Shown in pieces: positions 23,901 to 36,753 of a stretch of DNA of 64,000 nt. The translations under genes and the position numbers were made by a program. Source of the DNA: Vicugna vicugna (lineage: Eukaryota). How positions within the stretch are numbered: position 1 is the first letter of the stretch; every line of letters starts with the position of its first letter. The notes beneath the pieces are model-generated. The model was not told the DNA's origin, did no database searches, and saw nothing but the letters and a program-made list of their open reading frames with translations. Location: assembly GCA_013265495.1 (NCBI GenBank), contig MU058781.1, positions 3,225,050 to 3,289,049 of the forward strand, given 5' to 3'.

Positions 23901-24129
23901 ACAAAAATGTCTGACTTTGGAAATTTAGGAAGTACCATGTCCCTGTGAACACACTGCTAGGTACGCACCCCACCAGGGCCTTGGAAAGGGACTGTGCCTA
24001 ATTTAAGTGTCATAACCTTCACGATAAATCTGTCCATGTGTCCCAGTGTCCTCCACAGTGTTCTTTTCATCCCAAGAAATCTGGCCCGTATCCTTTCTGG
24101 CGGGGTTGACAGCAGTGGCTCTGGCTGGT

Positions 24130-24695
24130 CCCCTGCCTGCCTTGAGTCTACTCCATGGGTCCATCTTCCACTGGCTCCCCGAGTAAGTGCTCAAAATCTG
24201 AATCTAATCATGTTTCCTCTCGTGTAAATTTTCCGATTCCGCATCATCTTAAGGAGAAGCCCAAACTCCATAAAGGCATCCAAGGCCCCCAGGAAGGAGC
24301 CAGTCCTTGCTCCTCCAGTGTTTTCTCTTGCCAGCCCTGCCTCCACACTCCAGCCAGCCACACTGTCTGCTGTTTCCGAAGGAGGTCGGGCTCTCCTGCC
24401 TACATGGCTGCCGTGTCCTGCACCTGCACCTTCTCCCCCGTGTCTGTCTGGCATACCCCTCTTTTTTGACTCTGCTCCCAAATCATCTGATGGTGAAGCC
24501 TCTCCAGGATCCCCAATAAAAATGTCCCCTCCTTCCCTCACTGTGCTTACCTTTACATGCCCGGGCCTTAACTCCCGGGACACTTTATTGCTCCGATGAG
24601 TTACTCACCTCTTCCCCTACAAAGCCGGAGGACAGTCTTATATGTTTTCGCAACATTGGAGCATAGTTGTCGTGGAATATGTTCAATAAAGTCCA
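24130..24695 (+). mobile_element. L2 LINE 3' fragment
   Basis: Pyrimidine-rich CTGGTCCCCTGCCTGCC...TCTAATCATGTTTCCTCTC...CCCAAACTCC..., ending near GTTCAATAAA. Confidence 0.6.
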
Positions 24696-26649
24696 CACAG
24701 CATTAACTCTTTAATCACCACAGCAGTATCAGGGCTTAAGGGTAATACGTGTTTGACAACATTTCAGAATGAAATAGAGGAACTCATGAGATAGGAGGGT
24801 CAGGTTGACTCTGAGTTACTTTAATGCCAGGATCATCGTCTTAGATTTTCATTGGAATATTCTTAGTAACCCTCAAGCCTGGCCCACCATTTCCGGTGCA
24901 TCTTTACGGCAGGGATAATGAGGCCAATTAGTGAAAAGAGGATGGGGATGCTCCTAGCCCACTGAAAAAGCCATTATCAACACCGTTTTCTGAAACGTAG
25001 CTCTTAATTCAGGAAGGGAAATCAAATGCAATGCTTTGTGGAAGAAGTTGAAGAAGAGCGTGGTCCTGGAGACCTCTCAGCTAAAATGTGAGGCCAGATG
25101 TCCCCTCCCCTCCCCACCTCCAGCCCAGCCACTGAGCACATTGTCCCTGAGGGACCAGGGGCCTCCGTGGCCAGAGACTTGTATTTCTCTTTCTTCAGGT
25201 GGAGGATGAGGGAGGGTTAGTCCTGCTTTATTTTTGCCACTTGAGAAATTCCACCTGGGTCCTAGTTTCTCCCTTTGCCTGGATTCCTTCTAATCATGAT
25301 TATAATCATTAAATCTGTTTCTGACTCTATGGATTGCCTCTCTCAAGGCAGCGATGCTGTGCTGGGCACTGAGCTAAGGATGCAGAGCTGCTAGTGGAGA
25401 TTACCTTCAGGAGTTCACTGTGCAAATGTGCTTAAGAGAGCAAAGTTATCAAAGTCCAGGGGGCCCTCCAGAGCTCAGCTCGGCAGTTGGCAGTGGAGGG
25501 AGACCCTGCCCACCCACCTGCCCAAAGACCAGCAGTGTGTCCAGCCTGCGTACACCTGCATGCATTCCTTGCTTCTACTGTGCTGTCCTGGCATAATTTG
25601 GGTACCACTGTGAGCCTCACACACAGACATTATTGTTTTGAGAAACATTCCCTTTCTGTGTTTGTGCATGGAGGAGCTCCAAGACAGTGAGTTTTCCTTT
25701 CAAGTAAATGACTCTCACCAAAAAACAAAACAAAACAAAAAAAATACAACAAATGTTAGTGTGCACTCTGGGAATTCTGGAAGGCAGTATCGGTCTCTCC
25801 AAAACAAAATCGGTGATGAAAGTTCTCCCATCTTTAGCTGTCAGATGCTTGCTAAATAACACAGCTGATCTGGAATGGCTGATTTAAGACTTCTCATTCC
25901 GAGAATGGCTCTCCAAATGGTTCTTTTCTGTTTGCATAGGAATGAAATCATTTTCACAGTTAGCATGATTTATTAGCCACGAGTAGAGAGAATTCTCTTC
26001 ACCATAGATAGAAATGTTCAATCAACTGCTGGTAAAACGATAACATAATTATGATATCCTGGTCAAATTACGGAGAGTTGTTTTGTGTCATAGCAAAAGG
26101 AGAGCGGGGTAAGTCCTCGATGTAACAGAGTTTCTTATCTACAGTGTGAAAACGCTGGGGACTTGAAAAGCTTTCAGAAAAAAATCATAAATTGGATGGG
26201 TGTGTGTTCGTGCCCACAACAAATGCTAGCAGAGTTTACCATTTTGCCTCTTTCACTCTCTTTGCTCCTACACATCCATCCCTCCAGGGGCCTTAAAATG
26301 ACCGGGCTGAGAGGATGATTCATTATTTCCCACCCCTCGCTCTTCCCCCACCCCAGTACCTCCTGGCAGCAGAGCCAGCAGTGTCAGACACATCCACAGA
26401 AGTACCGTTATGTGCTCCAAAAAGGGGCACGTGCTTTGTGCCGGGCGACCTCTCTGCTTCTGCTCCCACCTTGCTCCGTGCTTGGAGTATCCCTTTGCCC
26501 TCTCCCACGGTTGCTGATCCAGGTTTACGTGCTGCTCCTTCAAGCCAGATGCTTTTCCCTCTAGTAACAGTTGGTTTGGGTCTTTCTTATAATGCTAATC
26601 ATAGTCATTCTTTGCATTGTTGTTATTCTGCTATTTGCTTTATCATTTT

Positions 26650-26744
26650 TTAAAATTGAAGTACAGTCGATCACAATGTGTCAATTTCTGGTGTACAGCC
26701 CAATGTCCCAATCATGCATATACATACATGTATTTGTTTTCATA
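26650..26744 (-). mobile_element. Very short young L1 3' end (camelid type) with TSD
   Basis: AATTGAAGTACAGTCGATCACAATGTGTCAATTTCTGGTGTACAGC is an antisense L1 end. TSD TTATCATTTT at 26640-26649 and 26745-26754, followed by AA (TT/AAAA site on the - strand). Confidence 0.85.
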
Positions 26745-27379
26745 TTATCATTTTAATACAGTAAGTTCTGGAAGGGAATGAGCTCTCCTTGCTTGAGCTC
26801 TGCTACCAGGACAGCAGGTGCAGTGCCTGGCACTTAGTTAGTAGTGCCCCATAAACATTGGATTGAGTGCATAGGAGTTAGGGATTGAAATTGCGGTGGG
26901 TTTGGGTTCACCATTTTGGAGTCCCAAGCAGAATGACTTCTCTGTGTGGTTGTGGCAGAGATGGTAGGATGAAGTGGGCAGGTTTTTAAAACAATGCCCA
27001 CTGCATGTCTGTGAAAACTATTTGAGACTCCCATCTCCTAAGTCATATATAAATTCTTCCTACTGTTTCCTAGAGACATGGGTGCAAACCAAAGATAATG
27101 ATGGCCACGAGATAGTCTAACTGTTATTTATATGCCTTTATACAATCTTTTCTTAGTCTTATTTTAATTTTTTAGAAATTCCCATGTAGGACTGAATCTG
27201 CCTACACAATTTCTTTAAAATTAAACTTGTGCATCAGTATTCATAGCTCCACCTACTCTTCCTCCCATTTTTGAGCTGTATGCAGGTTATACAGATGTCT
27301 GGAGATGTGCTACCATTCTGTTTGACATAAGCCTGGCCAGCTTCCCCCAAGTGTACTGGTAGGAATGCTCACCAGACAG

Positions 27380-27940
27380 GGTTACAAATCAGAAGTCCTT
27401 ACCAGGCAAAAAGATTGTGAACAAGTAGGGGAAACAAATATGTCACCAGCTAAATCATATAAGGCAGGATGAAGTAAATGCTAAATAAAGCAAAATATAT
27501 TTGTAATTTTTCTGATTCAAAGGGGAGATGGCATTTCCATGGGGGTCTTGATGGTTATGAAAAATTTGAATGAATGGAGAAGTAGGGGATAGGAAGGGCA
27601 TTCCAGGCAGAAGAAATTACAGAAGTAAAACTGGACTCTTGAAAGTGCATGATGTGGACTGGAAAACAAAAGAGACTCATGTTAACTAGAGTGTAGGATT
27701 TCTAAGGGGATATGTGTAGAGTTTAGATTGAAAACTTTAACAGTTTGAGGCCACATGGTCAAGAGTGTTGGCCCTTTAGGTAATGGACAGCCACTGCAGG
27801 TATTTGAGGAGCCTAGGGGTGTGAGATAGTTTAACACTTAAAAATTTAGTCTAGGTTGGGTTGGAATGCCCACAAGGGCATGGACAGTGGTAATGGAGAG
27901 AAAAGGACAGGTTCTAGGAACATGCCATGTCAGGATTGAG
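27380..27940 (-). mobile_element. Degenerate L2 fragment
   Basis: GGAAGGGCATTCCAGGCAGAAGAAA, GGTAATGGACAGCCACTG and CAGTGGTAATGGAGAGAA. Confidence 0.6.
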
Positions 27941-30900
27941 TGTAAATCAACAGTTCTAACCTTAGGAACATGTATCATTGCCCACATAATCTATTCCCCC
28001 CAGTATTCCAAAAAGGAGTATCTTTCAGTGTGCTGTTCACCTCCATATAGATATAGATACATGCAAAAGTATTCAGAAACTAGTTGTAGCTAATATTCTA
28101 TAAATAAAAAGGTATAAACTGGTTAGTATCTATGAAACAATAAAGCCAAAAGTAGTGGTCATATTGAAAATCAGTATGCAAACATTTAATCTCCTTCCAA
28201 GACAATCAGGAAAAGAAGCTTACTGAGATTTGGGAAGAAAAAAAAAACCAGGCCAAATAGATGTAGGAAATTAGATTCTGCGGATGCAAATGATGTAACT
28301 GCCAAGTCATTTTGACCTGAACACTATGATGCCAGTATCTTAGAAACCCATGGAAGTTTGGGGTGGGGAGTAGGAATTAGCCTTACCCGTGAGGATGGGA
28401 TGTAAGGGGAGCTTTACAGGTGAGGTATATTTGGACAATTCTTGAGTCATGCTCATTTGAGGACCCTTGAAGGACCGTATCATTAGAGGGGACAATGTGA
28501 GTAAAGGCCAAGGGATGTGAAAGTGTGTGGTTTGGTGGGAGACACATCTGAAGGACAGCCACCAAGATGTCCTCTGGGACATGGGGCTGCCTCGGAGGGG
28601 TAGATTTTTCCTGCTTCTTTATAGAAGACTCTCATTTACACATTTTCTACAAAAAGAATGTACTGTATTCACCATCAGAAAAAAAATCTATATGCGTTAT
28701 GGTTTTAAAAGGGATGTAGCTTGAAATATCATGATCATAAGCCAGTGATCTACTGTGATTGGGTTAAAAAGGATCCAGAATCCGAAAGATTTGGATTTTA
28801 CTCTATAGACAAATAAGAAATGAGAAAGAATGAATTACCCATGGAAACAAATGGAGAACAATTCAGAATAATATTTGCTTCAGCTCTGAAATGTGTTATG
28901 TCAACATAGGCTACAGGTCAGAGGAGGAAACAGCACCACAGACCAGAATGTGGATGACAGGCTTTATGGAAAGACCCGGGTGCAGAGCTCATCTTGAAAA
29001 GACTGGTAATGTTTAGAAAGAGGAAAAACACAGGGGAGAGGACATTTTAGGCTGAAGCAAAGTGTGAGCAAAAGCAAAGTGTTGAGGACAAATATTTCTG
29101 TTGAAAATAATGAGATCTGGGGATGCACAAGTGAAATCGTGGCAGATTAAGATAGCTCCTAGTTCCAGAAAGGAGGTTTTGGACTTGATTGTGTGAGCCA
29201 GGGGAGATTTTCCAGCAAGAGAGTGATGGGATAAAAATAGTTCTTGAACAAATAAAGCTCATTCGGCTGCAGTGTTCAGGGAGAAGGGGTGGGAAAAGCA
29301 CTAATAATCTCCATGTGGGTGATGACAGTGCTTCAGTCGGACCGGAGCAGCAGAGGTAGCACATTTTAAAATTTTAAAAATTAGTTGAATGGATGAAGAT
29401 TGGCTAGAGACTGAATGAGTGGGAAGAGTTCATGGTGCTTCCACCATAGGGCAGAATTCTAAGTCCTGAAGATAACTACAAACTGCCATAGTAGCCCGTT
29501 CATATGAAAGTGGCAACACCAGTCCCCATCACGTGGGCATGAATGTCGTGGATTTTTTTCAGCAACTGTACTGGATTGGATTAGCTAAGCCCCTCAGTGG
29601 CTCAAGGTGGGCGTTTATAAAAGGGTTGGTTAGTCTATGGCCACGGGAAAGGGCAAAACTATGTGATAACAGGGCACACCTCCAACTCTAATGTGACACT
29701 TACCACGTGACAGTCAACAAAGGTAACTAATGTGAATTAATATAGGAAACCGAATGGTTTGGGCTCCATTTGCAGTACATATTGGTGAGCAAAATATACA
29801 GGGATTAAAGGCACCATTTCCTTCAGAGCTTCTTAAAATATAGAGGAATTGTCATAAGCAATTACAAATTAAATGGCCGTCATCCAGACTGATTGCTGTA
29901 GATGACCTAGAAATCGTCTCAAAGTGTTATGTGCCACAGGGTCACATCACACAGATCTCCAATTACCATGGGTAGGTAGCAAAAGGGTGTGAAAAGTGCT
30001 TGGATGCCATGTTAAATATTCGTAATGAAGTCTTGAAGCAGAAGGTTCCCCTTTGATCCTCGGTTACAGAATTATCAACAGTGCTGGTGGGGGTGATAAC
30101 ATTATGAATGCATGTGAATGACATGTCCCTCAGACAGTCGTGGAAAACCCCCACCAAGACACAAAATGATAATACCTGCAAAGTATTTAAGCATTCTTTC
30201 AAATCTCTGATCTCACCTCCCTCACTATGTAAAGTACATTTTCCCTCTTTTTATATACAAAATCTAAAAAGATCGATGAGAAGTTAAGTGACTTGGGCAG
30301 CATCAGGACAGCAGGTGTATAGTGGGAAAAAAAGTCTGAGTTGGTCAAGACAGTCATGTTGGAAATTTTGGGGACCAGGGATGCCAGTCTGTTTTGCTAT
30401 CTTTTCCTGTAAAATAAAAGAGCCCACCCATCTCACAGAGTTTTGAGAGGATCAGAGAGATAATGGATGGGAAAGCAGTGTTCAAATGCAAGATACCATC
30501 AGTGTCACTGGAATGGAAAGCTCCCATAGACATGTTTGGACTTCGCACAGCCCACTGAAGAATATCGATCCCCTAGAACAATGTGCTCCTTGCTCAACCT
30601 GCTGCTGCAATCAATAAAGGCTTAAAAAGGAGGCAACTGTTTTCAAACACTCAGTGTGAATATTTAACACAGCATCACAGTGCCTGCCATTGAGCTTGGT
30701 GTCCTATACGTGGAAATTAGCAATCAGCACATGGACTGCTATTACAGGAGGTGACTACCAGGGGGACAAGCCATTCATTGATTTATTTTCCAGACATCAC
30801 TGCTACTCCAGGTGCCCAGGCACTGCAGACTTAAAGAAACACAGTATGTAATTATTCTCCATGGAATCGCCAAGCCTACAAGGGGAGAGGGAGCGAGAAC

Positions 30901-32889
30901 TACATGTTCACAAAGCCAAGTGAGAGCTGAGGCATGAAGCAAATGCTGGGGGTGGGCACCAAGGGAAGAGTGGGTAACTGCCTACATAAGAAAGTCACAT
31001 CCAGGAGATGACCTCTGAGCTGCAGGTCGTACCAATGTCCAGCAGGCCACCCAGCTAGGACGCTGGGATCGTGGGCTGTTTACAGCAATGTAATCTCCAG
31101 GTTCCAGGGCCCTCCATCCTAAAATATTCTCCTCAGCCCCATACCCCATCAATCCCCACTTTAGAACATTGTTCTTGACATTTTCTAAGGCCTCATTGGG
31201 AGCCTGGGCCTGCAGAGGTGGCAGCTGTCTGAGTGGGGAGCCCTGGACCTGGACCAGAACCCATGGGGGCCTTGGATGCTTGTTTCTCATTTTGGGGATG
31301 TTCGCCAATCCTTGGACTCCATCCTACTCCATGCATGGCATGTGAGGTTGATCAGATGCCTCAAGGAGCTCAGAACTCCCAACTGTGGGTGGGTGGTGGG
31401 CTCTGTGGCCTGTCCCTTGTTCCAGGAGGGTGGCTTGCCTAGCAGATTGCTCCCACTGGCCAGCATGCTATTCCTTTTGTAAATCAGGTGAGATGAGTGC
31501 TGATGCACTGATTTGGAGTGACTCAGATAGTTCCTATAGACAAAGACCTTGCACACTCGAGGGAAGGTTGTGGTCTGCAAAGCAGTAGCATGTGTCTCCA
31601 CAGGACTGCCCCACAGCGGAAAATTTTCCTCTTAATAGAGCTGACTTTCAGCTCTCAGTAATTACAATAGCTTGTTCCATTATAGTGAAAATTCTCACCC
31701 AACAGAATGCTTTCTGAAGAGGCCAGCAATATAGAAAAGTAGTCTTCTGCCACTTCTCTGATTTCATTAAAAATACTCCCTTCTGCTCTTTGGTTTATCT
31801 CCTGACACAGTCCTGTTTGGGTCCTGTTTGTACATCTTCTCTTCCTCTAAAAAGAAACAAAACAAAGAAAACAACTACAACTAAAGAACTCAAACAACTT
31901 CATCAGCATTTTGTTGGCATCTGGAGCTGGCCAGCCTCGGAGGAATAAGCTGAGACTTGGATGACAAGGCACATTATCAGAAGGGGCCAGCACACTGTGG
32001 AGAGCCCGAGAAGGAAATGGACTTAGTTTAATTAGATTAAACTATCATGTTGAGGCCAAGGGAGGGGAAATCACATGAGCAATATTTTCTAAACACACTT
32101 CATTAAAAGCTTGCTCAGGATCTCAGATAATGAAAATATCAAGTACTCGATGTGATAAACTTTGCAAGTTTCACATCAGAATACATGGCCTTCCCCAGTT
32201 GTGGCACTGACATCACTCTGTGTGTGTCACTATCATTATAGGTCTTTCAATCCTAATTACTCTTGCTGTTTTTTTAACATCCAGGATTCACTGACAACAC
32301 ATGCATGGCTATTTACCATGTTCAAAAGGTAAACAACTGACTTACAACGTGAGTTCAAGAAAAGGACGAGTTCTAGGTTAATAAAGGACAAGGCTTTCCT
32401 TTCCTCTTTATTTCTCCTCCAGTTCCACACCCAGGTCCCCTGATGATAGATGTTGAAGGACAAATCAGAGTGCTTTCCTTTTGCACTGTAAGCAACTTGA
32501 AAATGAAGCACCCCAGTATTTTTAAGAAATCGAAAGATGATCTAGAAATATGCTAATTAAATTGCCAAAAAGCTTTTTGCCGCATTCCAGTGCACTGCAT
32601 AACTAGGTAGTCAGAAGAGAGATAGATATATATGTAGCATCTGAGGGCTGTTCTCAGGTTTTAATACAGTTTTAATTATTTAACTTAAACAATGTCTCAA
32701 ACAATGAGGAAGAACACTAGTTGAAGATGAGGTCAGAACAATCAGGTACCACTGACATCTCTCAGTGTCTCTCTCCAGTCCTCTAATTCTCTGACACACC
32801 TCTTATCTGTGTCTTGGAAATATTCTACCTCATGCTGTGACAAGTTGTAGGAAACTTTTAAGCAGATGTCAGACTCACCTAAATTAAAG

Positions 32890-33070
32890 TCATTCGTTCA
32901 TTCATCCCATGCTTACCGACCTCCTGTTTACCAAGTGCCAGGACTATGCTAGAAGCTGGGAGAATGGAGCAGAGCAAAATAACAGGTGACAAACTGTGGT
33001 TCTTGCCTTAGAGATGCTCATTGACCACTGAGGGAGACAAACAGGTAGAAACTCAACTAGAAGGACTTTC
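32890..33070 (-). mobile_element. L2 3' end fragment
   Basis: TCATTCGTTCATTCAT tail, then GTGCCAGGACTATGCTAG and GAGGGAGACAAACA. Confidence 0.6.
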
Positions 33071-33929
33071 AGTAGCACAGGTGGCTGAACTGATGGTCCA
33101 CTGGGGTGTCTGACCCGGATGTACACCCTAGACACTGAGGGCTGGAGTTTCAGTGCCCAATTCAGGGACAAGAGACGTGTCCTTGGCCTTGCTTGAGGCG
33201 ATGAGCTAAGACCCTGCTTAAGGGAAGGCCCCTCAAGAGTCAGCCCATACTAAACCTGGAAACAGGAAAATACAGACAAGAAAACTCTGCCTATAAGGGC
33301 AGGGAGGAAGCGAGGAGACAAGCTCTGGGGATGCGAGTAGAGACAGGGAAGTCCCTGGGAGACACTGAAACAGCAAGCCTGTCCCCCTCTTTATGTGGGA
33401 TTCAAACTTACACTGCTGATAGGACTCAGGAATCCCAGCTCCAAAAGTGAACTTTTTCTCCTGGACCATAGGAATCACTGGGATAGTGATAGAATCCAAC
33501 AAAAATTCACTCTGTGGGGAATGAAGAACACCGTCCTGTCATTCACAATGACAAATTCCAAATCACACGGAGAAATGGACCACAATAAGGAGAGTCAGCA
33601 GATGCAACAAAGGAAGAGCTAGAAATGAGAAAAATATAAAGGTTATTATAAACTACAGATGCTTGCAGTAAGACAATTGAAGAAGTCATAGATCATCATG
33701 GAAGAAGAGGCCCCAAGAAAAACAGGCAAACAAAAGACAGACTAGAAAAGGAGACAAGTACAACGTCTAGAAATGAATGAACAAGATGGGCTTTGAAATG
33801 AAGCACTCAGCGGAGTAAACAGCAAAGTGGACCCTGCCAGAGAGAATGAATAAACTGGAGGATCTGAGGAAATCACTCAGGATGAAGCCTAGAGAAATAA
33901 TAAGAAGAAAAATATGATGCATTAAGAGA

Positions 33930-34140
33930 CATAACAGTGAGTAAGACCTAGCACTTGTTACGTCCTGACCGTGTCCCAAGCCCTGTTTGTTCACACTGCC
34001 TCTCTCTATTATTTCAATCAAGCCCCATGATGACTCTCTGGGGTAGGTACTATTAAGAGCCCCACTTTTACAGATTAAGAAGTTCATGCGGAGAGAAATA
34101 AGGGATGGGGATTCGAGGTGAGGAGGGAACCAGGACTCTT
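33930..34140 (-). mobile_element. MIR inserted among old L1-like fragments
   Basis: GGTAGGTACTATT...CCCACTTTTACAGAT...GGGATTCG. Confidence 0.6.
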
Positions 34141-35099
34141 CCTCCCAATGAATCGCTCTCAGGCCCCATTTCTCCATACACACCTGGGACCCGCCTGCAC
34201 TGTCTCCTTTTGGCTCATCGTGAAGCAGTAGCCAGTGCACTCATGCATTGCCTACCATCACTTCCCATCCTTCTTTGCCTTATTCCTCCCTTTTATCACT
34301 CTCATAGCCCTAAATTTGTAACTTTGAGATAAATCATTAGCACTTAATTGATGTCTACCATAATACATCATTGATAAATAGTATTATAAATTACTGAATT
34401 AAGAGAGGCACACTGTTTTAAAACATGGAAGTAAATACCATAAGGAATAATTCTCCCTGAAAAGTTGAAAATTGTTACCTCTGGGGAAGTGAGACTACTA
34501 CTTTTAGCACTATTAAAATTTTTAGGCTATTTACATGCATTTCTTGGATAATTACAATTCAATTATGCAAGATTGATGCTGAACTAAAGATGTTTTCAGA
34601 CAGACCTTGAGCTTACTATTCATAGACTTTCACTAAGTGAACTAATCACGTATTATTCAGAAGAAAGGAAGCGAACCAAGAAAGGGTGGAATCCAAGAAG
34701 CAGATGTGAAGTTGGCAAGTACGTTTGTAAAAGTAAAACAAAAACAAAAGCGATGGAATGTTGGAATGTTTTTTTAAATAAGGAGGATTATAAACAAGGT
34801 CGAACTAAAAGCAAGGCTATAATAACATGAAAGATGGAGATAGGTATCCGTTCAAGCATTCTAGGGTTGTTCAGGATATAGTGGATATAAGTTCAGAAGA
34901 TGTTAAAGATTTAATGGCTAATGTAAAGAAAATAGAAATAAAACATAAGCTTCCAAACAAAAGGAAGGAAAAAGAAGAGTAAAGAAAACTCTGTCAATCA
35001 GAGACCAAGAGGAGAAAGGCAAATAGAAAGCCGATGACAGGTATATAACCTCACCATGGGAAAGCATTCCTTTAAAAGTCCAAAAACAGAACAAAACAT

Positions 35100-35950
35100 A
35101 AACAACGGATCAAAATGGACAAAAATATCAGCAAGCAATTTGCAGAAGAAGAAATCTGAATACCTAACAGGTAGTCAGGATGGGTGATTAAATCACTATC
35201 AGCATACTGAAAAAAAATTAAAATATTGGTAATACCAGGTGACAAAGAGGTGGAAAGGGACACTTTCCTACATTGTTGATAAGGTGGTAATTGTTACAAT
35301 CACTTTGAGAGCTATCTGTCAATATCTAGTTACGCTAAAGGTGTGCATATCCTGCGATACAGCTATCCCAACTCTAGTTACATTCCTTAGAGAGAGAACT
35401 GCATAAGAGCAAAGAAGAGAACTTTATCAGGATGCCCACCAGAGGATTGTTTGTAATTGCCAAAAAAACTTAGATACCAACTAAAGAACCCTCCATGAGA
35501 GAATTCATAAATAAATTGTGATATAGTGGAATACTAATATAGCAGGAAATATGAATGGACTAGATTTCCATGAATCCACATGCAATAATCCTAAAACATA
35601 ACATTGAATTAAATGTATAATATTACAAAGTGATTCTTAAAATGTGATACCACTTATGTACATTTGAAATCCACAAAGCAATATTATGTAATGCTTACAA
35701 GTGCATCATATATGGTAAAAATACAAAAAAACAGCTAGGATACGCAGACATCACCTTCAGGATAGTAACTGCCTATGGGAAAGAGGGTGGAAAAGGGAAG
35801 ATTGGTGGTCTTTGGCTCTATATGTAATTTTTATCCCTTTGTATTCTTTAAGAGCACTAAGGCAACTAGAACACAATGTTAACATTTTAAACCCTGAGTA
35901 ATACACACATGAGTAGTACATCTTCACTATCTTTTTCTGTATCTTTGATG
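35100..35950 (+). mobile_element. Old L1 (L1ME-type) ORF2 end/3' UTR fragments
   Basis: AAATGGACAAAAAT...CAATTTGCAGAAGAAGAAAT, ACAATCACTTTG, AAATAAATTGTGATATA and AACATAACATTGAAT. Confidence 0.7.
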
Positions 35951-36726
35951 ATCATAAATGAGAACTTAATATTTACAGGGTGTTACAATAAGCATTCAAT
36001 CAGCAGTAGGTTCCAAGGTGGCATTGAGGAAGAGAGCCTTCCAAGATGGCGCTCTTAATGCTGTGATACAAAGAATGGGAAATAGCCGCTTGGGAGAGGG
36101 AAGGGGAAGGTCTTCCAGATGAGGAAATGGCATGTGCAAAGCCATGACAAGGCATGGCATTGTGGGACCTGTGAATGACCTGTAGTAACTAACCTTGAAG
36201 TGGCAGGAGATACGCAAGGTCCTGGAAGATGCCGCTACAGAGGAAGATCAGACCTGTCTTGGCTGTCGGTTGAGATTTAATGTCTTAGAAAGGTTAACAT
36301 TCACTGAAAGCTCTTGCTTCTATCTACAGTGTTACTTTCCTCTTCCAACACGATCAGTTCCTTAGGGTTCTTTCCTCCTTGAGACAGTCTTCCAAAAGCT
36401 GCAATTTAGTGACTATTAGAGTCAAAGAATCACATTTTTGGAAAGACCTTAGCAATCATCTACTAGTCCATTCCCTTCATTTTATCTACCGAAGAATGCC
36501 TGTTCACTTTGCGGGCAAACCTCTCTGAAGGCTTTTATCTTTGCAATCCCAGTTAACTCCTTTGGCTTTCTGGAAGGATAGATTCCTAGGAAAGACTTAG
36601 GAAGGAATCAGGGGAAAGACTGTATCCAGAGAAGTTGTTCATTGGTAGATCTCGTGAAAGTAATACTGTGATATATATATACAGATGGGTGCTTAATAAA
36701 CTACAAATTAATTTGGTGGATTCTTT

Positions 36727-36753
36727 ATTAATTAATTAATTAATTAATTAATT
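36727..36753. repeat. (ATTA)6.75 self-complementary microsatellite
   Basis: Read directly: ATTAATTAATTAATTAATTAATTAATT. Confidence 0.95.
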